Of a DNA stretch of 64,000 nucleotides, positions 58,760 through 64,000 are shown piece after piece (the first letter of the stretch is position 1; each line of letters opens with the position of its first letter). A program made the position numbers and the translations under genes. This DNA comes from an uncultured Fibrobacterota bacterium (GTDB taxonomy: Bacteria > Fibrobacterota > Chitinivibrionia > Chitinivibrionales > WJKA01): NCBI GenBank assembly GCA_964571815.1, contig CAZNDN010000002.1, forward strand, positions 4,246-68,245, read 5' to 3'. A model generated the notes under the pieces. It had not been told where the DNA came from, did no database searches, and saw only the letters and a list, made by a program, of their open reading frames with translations.

Positions 58760-59317
58760 TCAGCGCCCGGAGACGGCATAGAACGGTTCAACAATCTCCT
58801 TGCACGGAAATTCGCGCACCAGACGTGCCGGCAATTCCGAGGCGCGGTGCAAGGCCGAGGCCGATTCGGCGCCCGAGGGCAGAGACGCTTTGGCGCTGAA
58901 CTGCCGCACGTAGAAGGTGTCGCGCGGGATGTGAGATGCCTGCATTCGAACGGGAAGATGAAGGGAATCGCAAGTTACCGTCCCCGGCAAGAGTTCGACG
59001 GTTACCAGAATCGTTGCACCCTTCGGGTCGTCAACGAAATCGTACAACCCAAACTTCCCGCAACGGTCGAACTCCTCCCCCAGACGTCGGTGCAAGGCAT
59101 TCAGAGATCGACCGGACAGGGAAGGCGTAAGCGATGAGTCGCCGGTCCCTCCGTAGAGGGAGTCCAGACCGGCCCGGTCGACAAGAGGAGCAAGGAAGAT
59201 CGTCTCATGAGCAGCGGGTATCCTGAAAGAACACAGCCGTCGTGAAGACCCGCACCCTGAGGTGACCACGGCCAGAGCCAGGGAGACCAGGAACGGACGT
59301 CCCGGGGAAAGCATCAC
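58760..59317 (-). CDS. Hypothetical lipoprotein
   Basis: LAVVTSGC lipobox-like sequence. Confidence 0.6.
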   Translation of the reverse strand: MMLSPGRPFLVSLALAVVTSGCGSSRRLCSFRIPAAHETIFLAPLVDRAGLDSLYGGTGDSSLTPSLSGRSLNALHRRLGEEFDRCGKFGLYDFVDDPKGATILVTVELLPGTVTCDSLHLPVRMQASHIPRDTFYVRQFSAKASLPSGAESASALHRASELPARLVREFPCKEIVEPFYAVSGR

Positions 59318-61779
59318 GGCACTACCAGAAGTTTCCGGGTGAGTGTTTTCATTCCCGCCGTCTCCTCGTCGCGATACCCCACCATGGTGATGTACGTCCC
59401 CGGTACGATCGAGCGGCCCCGGTCATTGTGCATGTTCCACGTGACAATATCTTCCCGCTTATTTCCCCGTGACCATCCCTTGTCGTGCCGCCGGTCCTCC
59501 AGCAGCGCATGCGAAACAAGTCGGCCACTGACCCGGTAGACCCACGTTTCGAGAATTCCTCCGCACTCAAAATGAACCTCTTCCCCCGCACGTGCCGGAT
59601 TGGGATACACCAGCAAGGTCTCCCTGCTCCCGGTCTTCGCCAGGACACCGTAGAGTCCCGGCTCGGAGATGGGAGCAGTCCAGCGAAGCCTTGCGCCGGT
59701 CTCGAGACTCGTCGACAAAGTATCCCAGGTACTGTCCGACGACAAATGGTACAGGGTGAAGGAGGACGTAGCAAGTCCCGCGGCACCCGGATAGAGCCCA
59801 ACATTGTCGGAGGCGGTGGAAATCGTTAAACGCAGGGAATCTGAGGATGCAATCCATATTGTCGGGAATACAATTTCGTAGACCGCTCCTCCAAAGGTCA
59901 GCCCCTGACGAAAGGCCTTGAGCGCGGGGGCATTGTCGACCGAGCCCAACGACCTGATCTCCATCGAACACCGCAGAGGTGAACGAGACCGGAGCGTTAC
60001 CGCGGCCGTGTCAAACGTCTCGCTTGCCGCACCGGGCGTGACGTATACGTACCGCACCTTTTCCCCGGCCCGGTGTTCCACCGGACACGGCTGGAAACTC
60101 ACCGACGCAGTGCGCGACCGGCTCTTATCGGCGTTGGATGCCACAACTATCGCCCGCCTCCGCAAATGCCAATCCTGGACCTCGATCTCCCCCACGCCCC
60201 CCGTGGAGATTTTCACCGGAAGGAGCGTGTCGCCGGCTCCCTGGTTTCCCGTCTGAAGCAGGAGGTTCACCCCCCAGAGAGCACCCTGGTCTTCGGCCGT
60301 TTCCCCCGCGAAACTCACCTTCATGGTCGAGGAATGCGCAGGGTCATACCCCAGTGAAAACGTATTCATCCCGAAAGGCCTGACGGACTTGCTCAGTGAA
60401 TAAGAGTTGTCGATCGAATCCGCCGTGACAGCCCATTGGGGAAGAAGTTTAGCATCGCGGATAAACATTTCACCGCGTGTCCTGCTGCCGGTAAAATAGC
60501 TTCCCGCATGAAAGGAACCCAGCAAATGAGGCCATGTGGAGCCGACCGACGACGAAGCCCGGTTGAGAAGCGAGACAAATGGGCGTGATGATGCATGGTT
60601 GTCGTTGAACAGATTGCGTACAAAGGCGATCGAGTCCCCATCACCTGTCCGCTGATAGAGGTACATGACCGGAAGCCCATTGAGGTAAATGGAAACCCCG
60701 TTCCAGGCGTAGAACTCATTCGGTTCATCGCTGAAAATGGGAATCCGTGGCCTGGCGAAATAGTCACGTGCATACTGGTAATAATCGTTGATTTCATCAA
60801 AAGCAATTTCCTCCATCAGCACGGCCGTTCCTTCCAGCCAGGCAATCGGGAAATCATCCAGGTTCATGACATTCTCAACCCGCCGGCTCATCCCGTATTG
60901 AATGGCATGAAAATATTCATGGACACACGTAACACGGACGCCGTCTTCGGGGCGAGCAGTGTAGTCCATGTACGGCGAAGATATCCACTGCGAGCCGGAC
61001 CATTCGTTCCGCATCTCGAAATAGCTGCTGTAGCCTTTTTCGCCCAGCCTGTCGCCCGGGTAGGTGAGGCCATAGTCCAGTGGGTGTTGACGCGTCACGA
61101 CAACCTTGTAGCGTGACGGATCCCCGCGTGTTGTGTCCGAAGAAACGGGTGGGGGAAAGCCGAATCGTTCTATCTCCATGGACCACGCACTGTCCAGCGC
61201 CCACGCTACTTCATCGACATAGTCGGGAATCCCATTCGAATCGTCGGTCCGGCGGCGCCAGTCGCCCGATTCATATCCGTAGCGATCCGCGGTATCTACG
61301 GCACTTGTCGAAGAGGAACGGGTTGTGTAGTAAACTTCAAAGTGACCGCCGGGTGACACATGATAGACGAAGTCTTCGGGTATTCCGGTCGCCTTCCGGT
61401 ACAGTTCCCGGAATGACACGCTCAGCCGCTCCCACTGTGCCGCGATCCGGAAAAGGTCGGCTTGACTGGGGCGGCTCAAATCCACAACGTCACGAGCCGC
61501 GCCCGCTCCTTCCGCTCGCTCCGCAAAAAAGGGCGTCAAACGTTGCTCAAGCCGCGCCCGAGTAGCAGGGGCCCACAGGCGGTCCCCGCCAACGTACGCT
61601 TCGTCGGTCCCCGAAACAAGCGACTTCGACCACACGGAAAGGGCCGCCAGATGCAAAACAACAAGCACGCTCCCTGTTCGGGAGCGAAGAGCCGGGCCGC
61701 TCGAAACCCGGCGGGGGTTTCCGGTGACGGACAGATGCGGCATATGTTGATTATACGGTTGAGGAAGGAGAGTATTCAC
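59314..61779 (-). CDS. Secreted zinc metalloprotease (MXAN_6640-like) with T9SS-type C-terminal domain
   Basis: HEYFHAIQYG and WLEGTA.LME gluzincin motifs; YVDEVA..L..AW..E...GFPPP; C-terminal VYPNP...GRLV...PGTY...KLLVV. Confidence 0.82.
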   Translation of the reverse strand: MNTLLPQPYNQHMPHLSVTGNPRRVSSGPALRSRTGSVLVVLHLAALSVWSKSLVSGTDEAYVGGDRLWAPATRARLEQRLTPFFAERAEGAGAARDVVDLSRPSQADLFRIAAQWERLSVSFRELYRKATGIPEDFVYHVSPGGHFEVYYTTRSSSTSAVDTADRYGYESGDWRRRTDDSNGIPDYVDEVAWALDSAWSMEIERFGFPPPVSSDTTRGDPSRYKVVVTRQHPLDYGLTYPGDRLGEKGYSSYFEMRNEWSGSQWISSPYMDYTARPEDGVRVTCVHEYFHAIQYGMSRRVENVMNLDDFPIAWLEGTAVLMEEIAFDEINDYYQYARDYFARPRIPIFSDEPNEFYAWNGVSIYLNGLPVMYLYQRTGDGDSIAFVRNLFNDNHASSRPFVSLLNRASSSVGSTWPHLLGSFHAGSYFTGSRTRGEMFIRDAKLLPQWAVTADSIDNSYSLSKSVRPFGMNTFSLGYDPAHSSTMKVSFAGETAEDQGALWGVNLLLQTGNQGAGDTLLPVKISTGGVGEIEVQDWHLRRRAIVVASNADKSRSRTASVSFQPCPVEHRAGEKVRYVYVTPGAASETFDTAAVTLRSRSPLRCSMEIRSLGSVDNAPALKAFRQGLTFGGAVYEIVFPTIWIASSDSLRLTISTASDNVGLYPGAAGLATSSFTLYHLSSDSTWDTLSTSLETGARLRWTAPISEPGLYGVLAKTGSRETLLVYPNPARAGEEVHFECGGILETWVYRVSGRLVSHALLEDRRHDKGWSRGNKREDIVTWNMHNDRGRSIVPGTYITMVGYRDEETAGMKTLTRKLLVVP

Positions 61780-61868
61780 TACCCCATCCAGCGGGAACCG
61801 TCACGGCCGCAATGCCGACAACCGCGGTACTCGTCCTTGCATTGGGGAAAGCCCCCACACCTCAACGG

Positions 61869-62651
61869 CTACGTGCCTGAGGACGCCTTCTCGAAGTTTT
61901 CCTTGATCGTTTCCAGAAAAGGAAAATCCTTGAGACAGGTAGCATAGACCTTCTTCGCGTCCTCTACCCTTCCGCACTCCTTTGCGGCGTCAAGAAGGTT
62001 GAGCAAATGGTCGCTGCTCGTGGGGTTAAGCTTGATGGATTCCAGGAAGAGAGTGAAGGCGTCTTTGTAACGCTTCTGATAATATGAAATGACTCCCAAC
62101 CCCGCGAACGCATCGGAATTCGGCCCTTCTTCGTCGTTGACCTTCAGGAAGATCTCCATGGCCTGATTCAACTGCCCGTCCTCCAGCAGCTTGTTTGCCT
62201 GGTCGATTCCGGGATTGTACGTCCCGATGGAAAGCCCCCGCTGAGAGAGGTAGATATCATCACCCTGGTCTCCGATTGCGTTGCGAATCACACGAGTCTC
62301 TTCACTATCGGGTTGCAGCTCGAGAGACTTGTCCAGAAGCGGCACGATATCCTTGACTTTTTTCAGCTTCAGTGCCGCATCGAACAGATTCGCCACAGCA
62401 TCGGTGTAGTCGGGCTTCAAGGTGACCGCCTTTTCAAACATCGTATACGCATCATGCCACGCGCGCTGCATCCAGGCAACAATTCCCATGTTGTTGTACG
62501 CACGCCAGTTCCGATTGTCTTTCTCGACAATACCTACCAGGATCCGGGCGGCACTCTGCAGGTCGCCCTGCTCGATATGCTCTTCCGCTTTCCGGTTCTC
62601 GTCATCCAGCTCGGCCACAGCCTGCCGGGGGAGGTCATTCGGTGATGTCAT
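61869..62651 (-). CDS. TPR-repeat protein
   Basis: AYNNMGIVAW, FEKAVTLKP, AFAGLGVISY, SIKLNP. ATG at 62651. Confidence 0.85.
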   Translation of the reverse strand: MTSPNDLPRQAVAELDDENRKAEEHIEQGDLQSAARILVGIVEKDNRNWRAYNNMGIVAWMQRAWHDAYTMFEKAVTLKPDYTDAVANLFDAALKLKKVKDIVPLLDKSLELQPDSEETRVIRNAIGDQGDDIYLSQRGLSIGTYNPGIDQANKLLEDGQLNQAMEIFLKVNDEEGPNSDAFAGLGVISYYQKRYKDAFTLFLESIKLNPTSSDHLLNLLDAAKECGRVEDAKKVYATCLKDFPFLETIKENFEKASSGT

Positions 62652-62987
62652 GAGGAAATCCTTTCGGTTGGGCTTCGTGACCGACACGTGTCGAAAACCG
62701 CCGCCTCGAGGCGCTTCCTGATGCCTCTCATGAACATGTGCGGAACCGTATTCTTTTTCAAAATATAACAGGCGCAGGCCTGCATCGAGCACCCCGTTCG
62801 CCCGACGAGGGTCACCGGCAGGATTTCCTTGGCGCGCACACGGGATATGGGAGAGACGTTCGGTGAGGCCGGCCCGGAAACCGGCCCTGTTCCAGGATAT
62901 GATCACGCGGTCACACGAAGCCCGTCGCTTCGACCCGGCCTTTCCTCGAAAAGAACACGCCTTCGACCATCGGCCGATTCCCGAAAA

Positions 62988-63950
62988 TCAGTTGAGCCAG
63001 AAAGACAGGTCGCGATCCAGCAGCCCTCCCAACTTCAGGATATCCTTCCGATAGAGATCACTGAGCCTGGCTCTGGTCGCGGGATCCATGTGAATAGGCT
63101 GTACGTTGCTGTGGCGGATATTCTCGATGACACTCAGCATCGTCGACTCCGGAATCCCGTTGAGGGCAAAGAACTTGTACAGCATTCCTTTAAAGGCGGT
63201 GGCTCTGAAAAGGAGCTGGTAGAAACTGCCCCTGAGCGGCCCCGAAGCGTTGAACTTGATTTCAACTTTCGGTATGAAGGTATCGTCGACCTCCAGAAAA
63301 CGAAAGAGTTCACGCATGAAACCGACCGTATCCTCCTGCAGGTCGTCAAACAACAGCACCTTGACTTCGGAAAACGAATCGAGATAGGCCTTGACCTGGT
63401 CGTGATAAAAACCAACATCTTTCAGAAACCATAAGTACTCGTAGCCCAACGCTTTGCGCTCATCTTCCTTGTCCAGGGCCTCCTCGAAACTCAGCGTTTC
63501 CCGATTGTCCCGCATGAGATGCTTATATGCGGAAAACGCACGGTCAACCGGGTTGCGCAGAATGATGACAATCTTCGGGGAATTCAAATAGGCATTGATT
63601 ATGGGAATCGATTTGTTGTAGTAGTAGAGATTTTCGACACTCGCTTCTCCGATAGCCTTGTGTCTTTTCGCGTTGCGAAACAACGACCGGTATTCTTTGA
63701 TGTCCTTCACGGTGAAACTCTCCACAAAATCGTCCCCGTTGCCCTTCAAAGGAAAGTCGAGGAAATGGGACGATATGAATTTCGGTTCCTTTATCGGACT
63801 GAGATACACCTGGGGATGCTGCGAGAGATAACTGGAAACGGCCGTCGTTCCGCATTTTGCGGCTCCCACAATCAAAAAGTTCGGGCGTTTCTCTCCTCGC
63901 TCAAATCCCCCGAGAACACGTCGGATACCTTTCACGGGATTACCATTCAT
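62988..63950 (-). CDS. PAPS-dependent sulfotransferase
   Basis: FLIVGAAKCGTT (5'-PSB), KEPKF, EAS..LY, ILRNPVDRAFSAY (3'-PB). Confidence 0.93.
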   Translation of the reverse strand: MNGNPVKGIRRVLGGFERGEKRPNFLIVGAAKCGTTAVSSYLSQHPQVYLSPIKEPKFISSHFLDFPLKGNGDDFVESFTVKDIKEYRSLFRNAKRHKAIGEASVENLYYYNKSIPIINAYLNSPKIVIILRNPVDRAFSAYKHLMRDNRETLSFEEALDKEDERKALGYEYLWFLKDVGFYHDQVKAYLDSFSEVKVLLFDDLQEDTVGFMRELFRFLEVDDTFIPKVEIKFNASGPLRGSFYQLLFRATAFKGMLYKFFALNGIPESTMLSVIENIRHSNVQPIHMDPATRARLSDLYRKDILKLGGLLDRDLSFWLN

Positions 63951-64000
63951 TCGTTTCACCTTCCCATCCTTAGTCGTGCACCACACCAATTGCCCTCTCC

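Noticed and set aside
1-64000. CRISPR arrays, IS elements, integrases, prophage, rRNA/tRNA
   Set aside because: No regularly spaced repeats, transposase or integrase motifs, or RNA gene signatures were found by eye.

Overview
Gene-dense, GC-rich (roughly 60%) bacterial chromosomal window with about 60 CDS. I saw no rRNA, tRNA, CRISPR array, transposase or phage genes. Gene content (T9SS-like C-terminal domains, yeast-type chorismate mutase, many orphan lipoproteins/TPR proteins) suggests an FCB-group organism, plausibly Fibrobacterota; this is inference. Housekeeping genes: argS, rsfS, lepA, trpBA, panC/panD, two folK, hisG, hisF, rsmA, etfAB, nikR, mscS. There is also a surface-polysaccharide block (flippase, two GT4, sulfotransferase) and a long co-directional pterin/metal/redox gene run at 28-36 kb. 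Best observations: (1) the lepB-position signal peptidase has lost both catalytic residues; (2) an Mth938-like gene is interrupted by one in-frame TGA at a conserved Trp; (3) a UvrD-like helicase lacks the whole 2B domain; (4) a eukaryote-type chorismate mutase is coupled to trpBA; (5) an unannotated 6S-RNA-like element lies behind argS; (6) a circularly permuted TrxR-like flavodomain is fused to a membrane polyferredoxin next to a Tat-signal Fe-S aldo-keto reductase; (7) a strongly expressed H1-like protein sits beside a degenerate Tex; (8) a signal-less YkuD protein is coupled to a MurC/Mpl paralog. Family calls come from motif recognition by eye; no searches were run.
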